Below the pieces are notes generated by a model that was not told the DNA's origin, made no database searches, and saw only the letters and a program-made list of their open reading frames with translations. DNA of 64,000 nt from Eledone cirrhosa (lineage: Eukaryota), in assembly GCA_964016885.1 (NCBI GenBank), contig OZ024742.1, forward strand, positions 100,440,001-100,504,000. The letters run 5' to 3'. Positions 1 to 11,043 of the stretch are shown here, one piece after another. The position numbers and the translations under genes are program-made. The stretch's first letter is position 1. Each line of letters opens with the position of its first letter.

Positions 1-84
1 TAACTATGGAGCGCTTGCCAGCATAATTCTGATTTTTGCGTTTCGTTTGGCTTTTTCTACCCGCCGAAATGCGATTCTCGCTGA

Positions 85-153
<69 letters not shown>

Positions 154-470
154 GTAATAATAATAAATTTGAAGACTAAAATCCAAAGAGGGCTCGATAA
201 GGATAAATATATGTCAAATATATAAGAACCGTAGAGCAAATATTTATTAAAATAACAGATTAAAGTTTAAGCAAAGAATCGCTGCTTTCACCCTTAACGG
301 GATCTTCTGAAACTAACAAAGTCAATCTGTAAACGCAGAAGTGGATATTTCAAAAAACGTTGCAACTGGAGAAAGACAGGAAGACGATACTTTGGTTCGT
401 GGAAACGTTCCCTGGCAAAGAGCGGGGAAAAACGAATATAATACGTCATTAATAGGAGCGGTGAAAAACA

Positions 471-854
471 ATTGTCTACAAATGTAAGGTTGAAACACCC
501 ACGTCCCGTAGGGCCTACATAGGGTTAACCGCCAATAGATTCAAGCAGCGTCTTTACATGCATACCCATTCTTTTCGTTACCCTCTTAGAAGGAATATGA
601 CGTCACTTTCAGCTTATATCTGGAGTCTAAAAGACAACCACACCCAATTTAAGTTACACTGGGAGATCCTAGCTAGGGCTAGATCGTATAACGGAAATAA
701 AAGACCATGTGACCTCTGCGCCGCTGAGGCCCTGGAAATCCTCTACGCCACAGACCACATCTTAAACAAAAAATCTGAGGCAATTTCGGCTTGTAAACAT
801 AAATTGCACAAAACTTTCCTGTATTACAGCCCCACATTATATCCTAACGGATAG
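471..854 (+). pseudogene. C-terminal GIY-YIG endonuclease fragment of a Penelope-like element
   Basis: Extending the 558 ORF upstream in frame gives IVYKCKVETPTSRRAYIGLTANRFKQRLYMHTHSFR..TSLSAYIWSLK..WEILARA..CDLCAAEALEI..LNKKSEAISACKH. This contains the VY/YIG motifs, conserved R, E and N, and a CxxC..CxH extension. Confidence 0.85.
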
Positions 855-1478
855 TACGATCTATACGTGGATTTTTTACGTCTTGATGTGGTAGCTAAGT
901 ATATGTTTTGTTTATACCATTACTTATTTGCATAGGTAAGTATATATTACCTGTATGTTTTGTGTAGGTACGTATACTTTCTCATACGAATATTTGATTG
1001 ATTATGTTGTGGCGTATACACTTTTTATATTTTCTGGTACATATGGTTTGGTTATGTGTATACGGGAGTTTTGCGTCTGCGTGTGTATGCGGGTTCGTAC
1101 GTATGTAGGGTGTGTGTATATGTGTACTTCATGTTTTGGCTGACTTACGTCTTCGAACATTTGTGTATTTACATGTAGGTATGTGGGTGCGCTTGTTATA
1201 TAAGTATTTATTTATTTATATACGTTTATTTAATTATTTATTTGTATACACGCACACACACACACACACACATATTTATATGTGCGTGGTTTTGTATACC
1301 TATGGCAAGTGTTTTGCGTATGCTTATGTATGTACGTATTTGAATGTGTGTATGCATTTATCTAATTTCTATTACCTCTGTATTGTATTTATTTACTTTA
1401 TTCTTAACTCTGAAGCGGAGATTCATTCGGTTTCCTAGTTAAAATTTAGTCTACGTCTTCAGCTATACCATTTACGTG

Positions 1479-1713
1479 CTTTTGTCTTTGCGTGCAATTG
1501 TTCTCCACGCTCCACATATGACGTATTATCTTCGTTTTTTCCGTTCATTGCCAGATAACGTCTCTATGAACCACCTAAGAGAACATTAGTCTACGACTTC
1601 TTTTATACCATAAACGTGGTTCTGTCTTTGCGCGTAATTGTTCTCCACGCTCCACATATGACGTATTATATTCGTTTTTTCCCGTTCTTTGCCAGGGAAC
1701 GTTTCCACGAACC
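1479..1713 (+). repeat. Diverged ~95-bp direct repeat (period ~140) in the PLE 3' region
   Basis: tgtctttgcg..aattgttctccacgctccacatatgacgtattat..gaacca occurs at ~1483 and ~1623. Confidence 0.8.
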
Positions 1714-1792
1714 AAAGTATCGTCTTCCTGTCTTCCTCCGGTTGCAACGTTTTTTGAAATATCCACTTCTGCGTTTACAGATTGACTTTGTT

Positions 1793-1843
1793 AGTTTCAG
1801 AAGATCCCGTTAAGGGTGAAAGCAGCGATTCTTTGCTTAAACT
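1793..1843 (+). ncRNA. Type I hammerhead-like motif with variant core CAGAAGA
   Basis: agttt-CAGAAGA-tccc gttaa gggt-GAAA-gca..tgc-TT-aaact. Stems I, II and III pair. A mirror copy lies on the - strand at ~265-315. Confidence 0.55.
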
Positions 1844-1859
1844 TTAATCTGTTATTTTA

Positions 1860-1946
<87 letters not shown>

Positions 1947-2465
1947 ACTCTCCCGTCGATATCCGACGTATGAGTGTCCAACAAAAGTTGATGTGAGAAA
2001 GTGAACTGATGTTGAACTACCCACACAAAGTTTTGTTTTAAGTGGTGAAGGCTTGTGTAGAACCAACAACACTTTTGGGAACTGACGACACATGTCTTCG
2101 GTGCAAATGTTTGCCACGGAAAATACAACGACACCCCTCAGCTTTTTATTCCTCGGAGTTTAACCTCTTCGTATAAAAAAAAAATACTATTTGGACGGTC
2201 GTTGACTCTGCTGAGTTTCTCCGCCCTTCGCCGGGTCTTATATTTCATCCCGCACGGTGTCCAAATATTACCCCTCACAAGCAAGCTTAGAGGGGTAGCC
2301 GGTTTAGTCACCGACGACCCGACCATGAGATAGGTTGTACTGGTAGCATTCGAGAGCGACCTTACACACACACACATATATATATATATATAGAGAGAGA
2401 GAGATATGTTTATAGATAGATAGATAAATATACACGGGTGTGTATGATTGTGTATAGAAGATTAG

Positions 2466-2849
2466 ATTAATAAGAGGAATTCCAACTTTGTCTGATTTAC
2501 TCGTTTTATTTACAATCCTTTAAAATCTATAATGGTATTATAATGAAATAGTATGATAGAATATTAAATGTTAAGTGTTAATTGAACGAGTATTTTCATG
2601 CTTTCGCAATCTTCAGGTTCATAATGTGTGGTGACAGTCAAGTTTGCAATTTTCAACTGACAGTTGAACATTGCAAACTTGACTGTCACCACACATTATG
2701 AACCTGAAGATTGCGAAAGCATGAAAGTACTTGTTCAATTAACACTTAACATTTAATATTCTATCATACTATTTCATTATAATACCATTATAGATTTTAA
2801 AGGATTGTAAATAAAACGAGTAAATCAGACAAAGTTGGAATTCCTCTTA

Positions 2850-2854
<5 letters not shown>
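2466..2854. repeat. ~389-bp near-perfect palindrome (fold-back element)
   Basis: The arms are reverse complements right up to a 1-nt centre at 2660 (ttcaactg-a-cagttgaa). I saw three mismatches. Confidence 0.95.
2699..2737 (+). ncRNA. Minimal type I hammerhead ribozyme
   Basis: tgaac-CTGAAGA-ttgc gaaa gcat-GAAA-gtac-TT-gttca. Stem I is tgaac/gttca and stem III is the palindrome AGTACT. A mirror copy lies at 2583-2621 (-). Confidence 0.8.
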
Positions 2855-2897
<43 letters not shown>

Positions 2898-3165
2898 AGG
2901 TCGCTCTCGAGTGCTACTGTTAACATGTAAGATCTTTATGTCTGTGTGACTACTGCTTGTGATATGTAAGTTACAAGTACAGTCCATCTAGCGGGCTACC
3001 AAACTGATTCCGTTCACCCAATTTCACTCACAAGGTTTGGGTCCACTTTAAGAGATGCTAATTGACACTTGTCAAAGAGGTCATGCAATAGGGACAAAGT
3101 CGGGATTTTATAACTGTGAAGCGAACACCTTTACCATTCGAACATGCTTGCGATTGCAATATATA

Positions 3166-3558
3166 TGTTTCTACTTTAGGCACAAGTCCAGCAATTTGAA
3201 GGGGAGGGAAAGTCGATTAAATCGACCCCAGTACTCAATGGTTCTTTATTTTATCTATCCCGGCACGATCTGAACTCAGAACATAAAGGGCCGTAATTCT
3301 CTGCCGCGAAGTATGGTGTCCGACGCTCCACCGATACTGCCAATCGATCACCTTTGCTATTGCAATATAATCGTTTCTACTTTTGGCACAAGGCCAGCAA
3401 TTACTCCAGTTCATTACTGGTACTTTATTTTATTGAACCCCGTAAGAATGAAAGGATAAGCTAACCCCGGTCGGATTTGAACTCAGAACGTAAAGAGCCA
3501 TAACTCTATGCTGAAAAGCATGGTGTCTGACGCTCTACCGATACTGCCAATCCGCCTA
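3166..3558 (-). mobile_element. Two adjacent tRNA-derived SINE copies (family A)
   Basis: Reverse complements of the ggattggcagtatcggtaga...gagttcaaatcc...gcctttcatccttacggggtcgataaaataaagtaccag...agaaacaatt sequence seen at 42490. Confidence 0.8.
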
Positions 3559-3974
3559 CTTCATACATGTATGTCTTAGTTTTTACAACTATTTCATAAT
3601 CTACAGGAATAATTTAGTTATGGAAATTCCCACTGGTACATCAACTGAAATAGATTTTGTATTTCCGAGTTGTTGTTTTTTTGGTTTTCTTTTTTTTTCT
3701 TTTGTTTTGTTTTTTATATACATTTGTTTGGAAACATATGTGGGTTTCTGTCGAACGTCACCAATTATTCAACCAGTCTCTCTCTCTCTCTTTTTTTTCT
3801 CTTTCTTTCTTTCTCTCACACTCTTCTCCTCTCTCGCTGTCTGTCTGTGTATGTGTGTGTGTGTGTCTCTCTCTCTCTCTCTATGTCCCTGTCTCTTTGT
3901 CTCTGTCTCTTTGTCTCTCTCTCTCTCTCTTTTTTTCTCTCTCCCTCTCTCTCTCTTTCTCTGTCACTCTCTCC

Positions 3975-4012
<38 letters not shown>

Positions 4013-4039
4013 CTTTCTTTCTTTCTCTCTGTTTCTCCC

Positions 4040-4075
<36 letters not shown>

Positions 4076-4476
4076 ACTGTTTCTCTCTCACATACTCTCT
4101 CTCTCTCTTTCTCTTTCTCTCTCTCTCTCTCTCTTTCCCTCTCTCCCTCCCCCTCTCTCACACACACACAATCGTTTTTATGCTACTAGATTACAATGGC
4201 ATGTGTGAGTACGTCAATAGATATTAAAAGTTAGACCAGTTTTAAATGACTCAAATTAAATACGATCTTGCAATCAATTATTTCTCTTGATCGCTAATTA
4301 TAAGATATATAATTATTGTATAATTTTATATTTTTATATTTACTATCAATAACATACATGTTCAGATTAGTATACACGCGTAACATTATACATGAATACG
4401 CAAACCTAAATCCATGCGTACGCCAACGCATATGTACACACAGGCGCACGTGTATTTATGCATGGATGTGTATATA

Positions 4477-4531
<55 letters not shown>

Positions 4532-4636
4532 CCATGCATATCTATATATACATATATATATACATATATATATACATATCTATATATACATATATATATA
4601 TACATATATATATATATATTTATATACATACATATA

Positions 4637-5311
4637 TCTATATATTAATGTCAACAATGTCAGTATTCCGTGTGTCATAATTCACGATTATCATTGGTTC
4701 ATAGGTTTCAAACGACTCCGCCCACCTCAATGACGCCAAACTTAAATTAATATGCATAATGCCAATGAGGGAGTGAGAGGGGAGTGTAAGAAACAGAGAG
4801 GCAAAGTGAACGGTGTGTTGGATACACTATGTATATGTGTCAGTTTAGAGATATGTGTGTGTGATGTGTGTGGAAATAAGAGGGGAAGGAAAGCAATAAC
4901 TATTAACATGTGTGCGTGTGTGCGTGTGTATGTACGTGCGCGTATGTTTATGTGTGTGTGCGTGCGTGCAGCGTTCCACAGAAAGTAAAAACTATCAACA
5001 TCTGTGAGTGTGTGCGTGTATGTAAGTGCACGGGTGCGTGTGTAAGTTTGCGTGCGTGTGCGCGTTTCCATGCGTGTATGTGTGTGTACGTGCGGCGTTC
5101 CACAATCGCCACGCAGTTTATCTGTCTGTGTGCCTGTCTGTAAGTCTAACATACACAGAGTTGTTAAGGGAGTAAATAGGGACCTTTTTTTGCATTGGCG
5201 GACATCTTTTATATTTATTATTGTGTCATTTTTTGACAATTGCTCGAAATAAATACTGATAATAAAAGCAATTCATCTGTTTACCCAGGCGAAGCTGGGT
5301 ACGTCAGCTAG
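4637..5311 (+). mobile_element. Non-autonomous Helitron
   Basis: 5' end A|TCtatatattaa. 3' subterminal hairpin acccag-gcgaag-ctgggt is followed by CTAG|T. No TSD. Confidence 0.7.
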
Positions 5312-5501
5312 TATATATATATATATATATATATATACACGCACAATTATGATTCATGTGTGAGTGTGTCTATGATGTTAGTTACAATGCTTTGTATTCT
5401 AAGATCAAACTTCGCCGTGGTAAATTTTACCTTTCTTCATCCTTTCAAGATCGAAAATATAAAGCACCAGTAAAATACTGGCTAGATTTGAGGAGTTTTG
5501 A

Positions 5502-5585
<84 letters not shown>

Positions 5586-5894
5586 ATATATATATGTGTA
5601 AATTTGGACACGGAAAAAGTTACGTAAGACGAATAGATAACAGCTTCTCTACGCCTCTTCAGCCATCTTAAGGTGAGCAATTTTGCGCTATATATTAATT
5701 CCAATATTTTGCCGTTTCTAAATGCCTTTACCTTAACTTTATAAACTATTTTCGTAGTAATTTACTGCAATTGCAGTTATTTTGTGCGTCTGAGCATCCT
5801 ACATCCTAGTATAAATTTGTTTCCTTGGCGCTTCGGAAAGTTCGAGAATTGGAGTTTCACACATAACGTGTATATATATATATATATATATATA

Positions 5895-6271
5895 TATTAG
5901 TATTGGTGCTCTGAAATAGCGATGTATACATGAATGTATGTACAGTATATTTGGCAATATACTGTATGTTTAATTAAAAACATTTAGAGGACCATTCGCT
6001 ATCAGTTTTAAAGTAGTGACTATGTCACTTACTTCTCAGCAAAAACAACAGAGTGGCTGACAGACAGTCTGTTTCTCGCTTGTGAGCGTTTATCAAGACC
6101 ACACACTCAGTTGCCTTTACCGAAAATAAGTAAGTAAGTGACTATGTTACTACTTTAAAACTGATAGCGTACGGTCTTCGAAATGTTTTTAATTAAACAT
6201 GCGGCGTATTGCTAAATATAGTATACATACATTCATGTATACATCGCTATTTCAGAGCACCAATCCTAATA
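5895..6271. repeat. Fold-back element with ~140-bp inverted arms and ~97-bp spacer
   Basis: 5895-6034 is the reverse complement of 6132-6271. The arms carry a decayed HHR-like ctgatag..gaaatgtt. (TA)n flanks it. Confidence 0.85.
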
Positions 6272-6714
6272 TATACACACACACACACATATATATATAT
6301 ATGTTATAACAATACGTTTAGATAACTTTGCAAATCAAATATAGCGACCGACAGTCTGGTCGCATTGCCATAGCAACGAAAAAAACTGAACTCAGGAAAA
6401 GATTTTGACTGACTTGGACCATCGCGTGGACATCGAATGCAACACATAACGCATAACGCATAGCATACAGTATACATTACAAATAACATACAACAATCGC
6501 GCTAGGTTTCTGTAAATCCGAGATAGGCAAATTCTGCTTGCAGAGGTCTGCAAGTTAATGGCCTTTGACGACAGAACAAAGGATTTACTTCGTCAACAAG
6601 TCTTGCGTTCTATAGCCTCGACGGGTTTGTTTTCCAGCAGTAATTTTCGCAGCGAACCTCCAACCGTCAAGGTTGTTCTTCTGCGGGTAACTCAACATTT
6701 ATAAAACAAATTTT

Positions 6715-6780
6715 GTATTTTTCTGATGAAAGCGCACCAAAATTTGTCTTCGTTGGCCTTGAAATATATTTAATAAAATA
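6715..6780 (+). ncRNA. Possible hammerhead-like motif
   Basis: tattttt-CTGATGA-aag...ctt-GAAA-tata-TT..aataaaata. The stems are weak and AT-rich. Confidence 0.35.
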
Positions 6781-6819
6781 ATTATGGTTTTATAAATATA
6801 GTTTCCATTTATTAATATA

Positions 6820-6859
<40 letters not shown>

Positions 6860-7049
6860 TCATAAAAAAAATGAGAAAACTCATCGTTAGTACAGCCGTT
6901 AAAACAGCTAAATGCTGTAAAAGACAATGATGGGCAAAGATGCCTCAGAGGGCAAGTCCAGCGGCCGGTGATCAACAGAGAGACAATCCACAAGATGTGT
7001 GAGAGGCAGTGCCGCTTCCTCTCAATCAGAGACAAACTTGTTTTCTTTC

Positions 7050-7111
<62 letters not shown>

Positions 7112-7167
7112 GACGTAAAATAAGAAAATTTTAAAAATTAGAAATCAACTTACTTACTAAAATTTTC

Positions 7168-7249
7168 ACTCCAACTAATTAGTTTCTGTAAGGGGATAAA
7201 TATAGTTACGTAATATAACTATAGAGAATTCCTTACGTCATCAGGGAGT
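7168..7249 (-). ncRNA. Type I hammerhead ribozyme with extended stem II (copy 1)
   Basis: The minus strand reads actcc-CTGATGA-cgtaagg..tatagtta tattacg taactata..ccttaca-GAAA-cta at tag-TT-ggagt. Confidence 0.85.
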
Positions 7250-7702
7250 CTATTCTCAGCTAAGTTCCCAGGCGATGCGCGGACACTAGGAACCCATATA
7301 AAAATAATAATTCAGTGGATGGAATAAAGCTAGCGAGGACTAAATTCTAGAGCACTGAAAAAATTCATTGCCTCTGGTCAGTGGCAGATTCTAAAGAATC
7401 AATCACGTGACACCGAGGTTAATCAGTTAGGAGCGGGGTGGTATTATGACAAGAGCCTACTACTACCATGAATCAGCAGTAAATTTTGGCAAGTTTTGCT
7501 CAACAAATAATTTGGAGATAAATATAGAGAATTAGTACATCTACCAACATATGTGCACAGATGTACACCCATGCTAGCAAATATATATGTTATGTCTTAG
7601 TACCTTTGTGGTTCTATGCAGGGGGGTGCAGAACAATTATATGAAAGACGTAAAATAAGAAAATTTTAAAAATTAAAAATCAACTTACTTACTAATATTT
7701 TC

Positions 7703-7784
7703 ACTCCAACTAATTAGTTTCTGTAAGGGGATAAATATAGTTACGTAATATAACTATAGAGAATTCCTTACGTCATCAGGGAGT
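7703..7784 (-). ncRNA. Type I hammerhead ribozyme (copy 2)
   Basis: Same motif as 7168-7249, offset by 535. Confidence 0.85.
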
Positions 7785-8237
7785 CTATTCTCAGCTAAGT
7801 TACCAGGCGATGCGCGGACACTAGGAACCCATATAAAAATAATAATTCAGTGGATGGAATAAAGCTAGCGAGGACTAAATTCTAGAGCACTGAAAAAATT
7901 CACTGCCTCTGGTCAGTGGCAGATTCTAAAGAATCAATCACGTGACACTGAGGTTAATCAGTTAGGAGCGGGGTGGTATTATGACAAGAGCCTACTACTA
8001 CCATGAATCAGCAGTAAATTTTGGCAAGTTTTGCTCAACAAATAATTTGGAGATAAATATAGAGAATTAGTACATCTACCAACATATGTGCACAGATGTA
8101 CACCCATGCTAGCAAATATATATGTTATGTCTTAGTACCTTTGTGGTTCTATGCAGGGGGGTGCAGAACAATTATATGAAAGACGTAAAATAAGAAAATT
8201 TTAAAAATTAAAAATCAACTTACTTACTAATATTTTC

Positions 8238-8319
8238 ACTCCAACTAATTAGTTTCTGTAAGGGGATAAATATAGTTACGTAATATAACTATAGAGAATT
8301 CCTTACGTCATCAGGGAGT
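8238..8319 (-). ncRNA. Type I hammerhead ribozyme (copy 3)
   Basis: Same motif as 7168-7249, offset by 1070. Confidence 0.85.
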
Positions 8320-8534
8320 CTATTCTCAGCTAAGTTACCAGGCGATGCGCGGACACTAGGAACCCATATAAAAATAATAATTCAGTGGATGGAATAAAGC
8401 TAGCGAGGACTAAATTCCAGAGCACTGAAAAAATTCACTGCCTCTGCATAGAACCACAAAGGTACTAAGACATAACATATATATTTGCTAGCATGGGTTT
8501 ACATCTGTACACATATGTTGGTAGATGTACTAAT

Positions 8535-8613
<79 letters not shown>

Positions 8614-8890
8614 AGTAACAAAACAAGCCAAGACAACGAACGAAAACTTGGCAAAACGAAAAACAATATTTTGGAGGAGAAACATAAAAAAATTTTTTTT
8701 CAATAAAAATGCAAACGAAAGATCCAGAAGTGCAGTGTCTTCAGCCGTTGAGCTCTCTGGAATTTTGATCCCAATCAACAGTACAGCTGGTCCACCCAGG
8801 GTCACAGCGTCTGACACAAGCCAAAGCGTTGTCCGTGGAGTAAAAAAGAAGACAAAACAATAACTTATAGCTATATATATATGTATGTAC

Positions 8891-9790
8891 GTATCTATAC
8901 GTACATACATATATGTATACAGGCGTACAGTAGTATGTATATATATACATACATGCACACATATATATATATGTACGTATGGGTTTACCGAACATTTATT
9001 ATAATGTTCGGTTTGTTTGTAAACAAACAGCCCGAAGGTATACGATACTGACGATAGCTAATAAGCTTGAAACTAGTTCATTGTTCCTTTGTCAGTGTTG
9101 AACAAAAGGGCGGCGATGGTTGCCGAACACTGTACGGCTTAATTCGGACTGTTCGTTTACAAACAAACCGAACATTATAATAAATGTTCGGTAAACCCAT
9201 ACGTACATATATATATATATATGTGTGCATGTATTTATATATATACATACTACTGTACGTCTGTATGCATATATGTATGTACGTATACATACTTACATTT
9301 AAGTATCAGCCGTACTAAGAGTGAGAAATGATATTTCATTTCATTCTTTTCCATTTATCGTTTTCGGTACCCCGGCCGACTAACTCACTCTATATGCAAA
9401 TTAGGCTGCTCAGCCGTTAATATGCATAAGAAAAGGATATACTTTCAAACGCTCAGTCATCTGACAGGAAGGTATACGATGCTGACGATAGCTAATAAGC
9501 TTCAAACTAGTTCATCCTTCCTTTGTCAGTGTTGAACAAAAGGGCGATGATGGTTCCCGAACACTGTACGGCGTAATTCGGACTGTTCGTTTACAAACAA
9601 ACCGAACATTATAATAAATGTTAGGTAAACCCATACGTACATATATATATATGTGTGCATGTATGTATATATATATATATATACATACTACAGTACGCCT
9701 GTATGCATATATGTATGTACGTATACATACTTACATTTAAGTATCAGCCGTAATAAGAGTGAGAAATTTCATTTCATTTCATTCTTTTCC

Positions 9791-9797
<7 letters not shown>
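8891..9797 (+). mobile_element. 434-bp HHR-containing tandem (~1.75 copies) preceded by an inverted partial copy
   Basis: gaaggtatacgat occurs at 9034 and 9468. ~8891-9036 is the reverse complement of ~9143-9291. Confidence 0.85.
9043..9083 (+). ncRNA. Minimal type I hammerhead ribozyme
   Basis: cgata-CTGACGA-tagc taataa gctt-GAAA-ctag-TT-cattg, with palindromic stem III ACTAGT. The second copy at 9477-9517 has GAAA changed to CAAA. Confidence 0.75.
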
Positions 9798-9852
<55 letters not shown>

Positions 9853-10003
9853 TATAAAATAATACAACTGGCTATCCGCAAAATACATATAGTTAGCACC
9901 CAAACGTAAAATTGGGATTATAAAAAGGTATATCCTAATGTTTGTTGAGTGAGATGGAAGCCAGTCAGAGTATTGCTTAAAGCTTTCTCTGTTAATGTAT
10001 TAA

Positions 10004-10079
<76 letters not shown>

Positions 10080-10087
<8 letters not shown>

Positions 10088-10180
10088 TAGAAGCTTTCGC
10101 CGTATTTTATTTATACGGTGAAAGCTTCTATTTCTAATTTCAAACTCGCTCGCTATTTCAAAACATACTTACTTGTCATT
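10080..10180 (+). repeat. Short fold-back element centred on an HHR stem II remnant
   Basis: ttagaaatagaagctttcgccgtat-tttattt-atacggtGAAAGCTTctatttctaa. The CUGANGA half is missing. Confidence 0.6.
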
Positions 10181-10302
10181 TATATATATATACATATATA
10201 TATATATATAGTGCAAATTTATACGGGAACAAAACAGAGAGGCAGACAAATAAAGGTTTATTAGGTACACGCTTTTGAGAGTGGGGGGATATATATATAT
10301 AT

Positions 10303-10483
10303 ATAGGAAACTGTATGACCCCGACGGCAGAGCTCAAGCCGTTTCGACAGAAATAGCCGTCGAAACGGCTTGATCTCTGCCGTCGGGGTCATACATTTTC
10401 CTATTACTCACTCTACTACCCTAAGTATTGAATACTCTGGTGCGTTATGGTCCATCTGGTTCCTTACCACAACTCCTTCGTTA
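10303..10483 (+). mobile_element. Short interspersed fold-back family F1 (HHR 3' half plus ~100-bp tail)
   Basis: Palindrome at 10303-10404 contains GAAAcggc..gccgTC-ggggtc. Other copies lie at ~12027-12120 (decayed), 14056-14185 (-), 14427-14633 (-), 30836-30955, 31680-31818 (-) and 46727-46912. Confidence 0.85.
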
Positions 10484-10486
10484 TAT

Positions 10487-10572
<86 letters not shown>

Positions 10573-10764
10573 ATACTTGGGGAGGGTCATATTGTTGTAA
10601 TAATATTGCCAGAATTAATAACAGAACACACTCACTGTTTGGTTGGTTTTCGCTTCTGTATCTTTTATATCAGTTAATTTATTCGGTCCTCAATGTTTAC
10701 CATTGACTGATGGACGGTCAAAAATACAGATATAATATAGACACAAACACATATATATATAATC

Positions 10765-10807
10765 TAACAAAGTTCTTTCGTTGCACATCTGCAACATCGT
10801 CAGTGGT
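10765..10807 (-). ncRNA. Hammerhead-like motif in the PLE 3' region
   Basis: The minus strand reads acca-CTGACGA-t gttgca gatg tgcaac-GAAA-gaac-TT-tgtt. Stems I and III are imperfect. Confidence 0.6.
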
Positions 10808-11043
10808 GCTATTATGTTTTCTCCTGTTGTATTGTATGTCTACGCCATCTTTATTTAATCTGTTTGTTTATTTATTTATTTATTTTTGTCTTCTTCTCTG
10901 CGCATGCGTTTGCGTGTGTGTATAGTGTTTGATATGTGTTCGCGTGTGGGTGACTGTGTTTTGGTTATTGTATTCTATCTTAGTTTACTAGTGTGTGTTT
11001 ATATGTGTTTGTTGTTATTGTGCTTGTGTATATATTTATTTAT

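Larger units (their letters stand above)
151..1866 (+). mobile_element. Truncated Penelope-like retroelement with inverted terminal (pLTR-like) segment
   Basis: GIY-YIG ORF remnant at 471-854. ~242-449 is the reverse complement of ~1658-1866, and the repeat holds an HHR-like motif. (TA)n flanks both sides. The 151-260 end recurs alone at ~32443-32550. Confidence 0.85.
7104..8540 (-). mobile_element. Tandem array of a 535-bp hammerhead-containing unit (2.5 copies) with terminal inversion; retrozyme-like
   Basis: The unit start gaaagacgtaaaataag occurs at 7108, 7643 and 8178 (period 535), and the copies are nearly identical. ~8444-8539 is the reverse complement of the unit end. Each unit has one HHR. 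Confidence 0.9.

Noticed and set aside
471-1440. Selenocysteine/SECIS recoding as reported for some Naiad PLEs
   Set aside because: There is no in-frame TGA in the visible ORF fragment and no SECIS I can support.
1405-1465. Additional HHR-like boxes here and at ~2070, 5655, 51275 and 63753
   Set aside because: CUGANGA is present, but the GAAA box or the stems are missing or unconvincing. Chance matches or badly decayed copies are equally likely.
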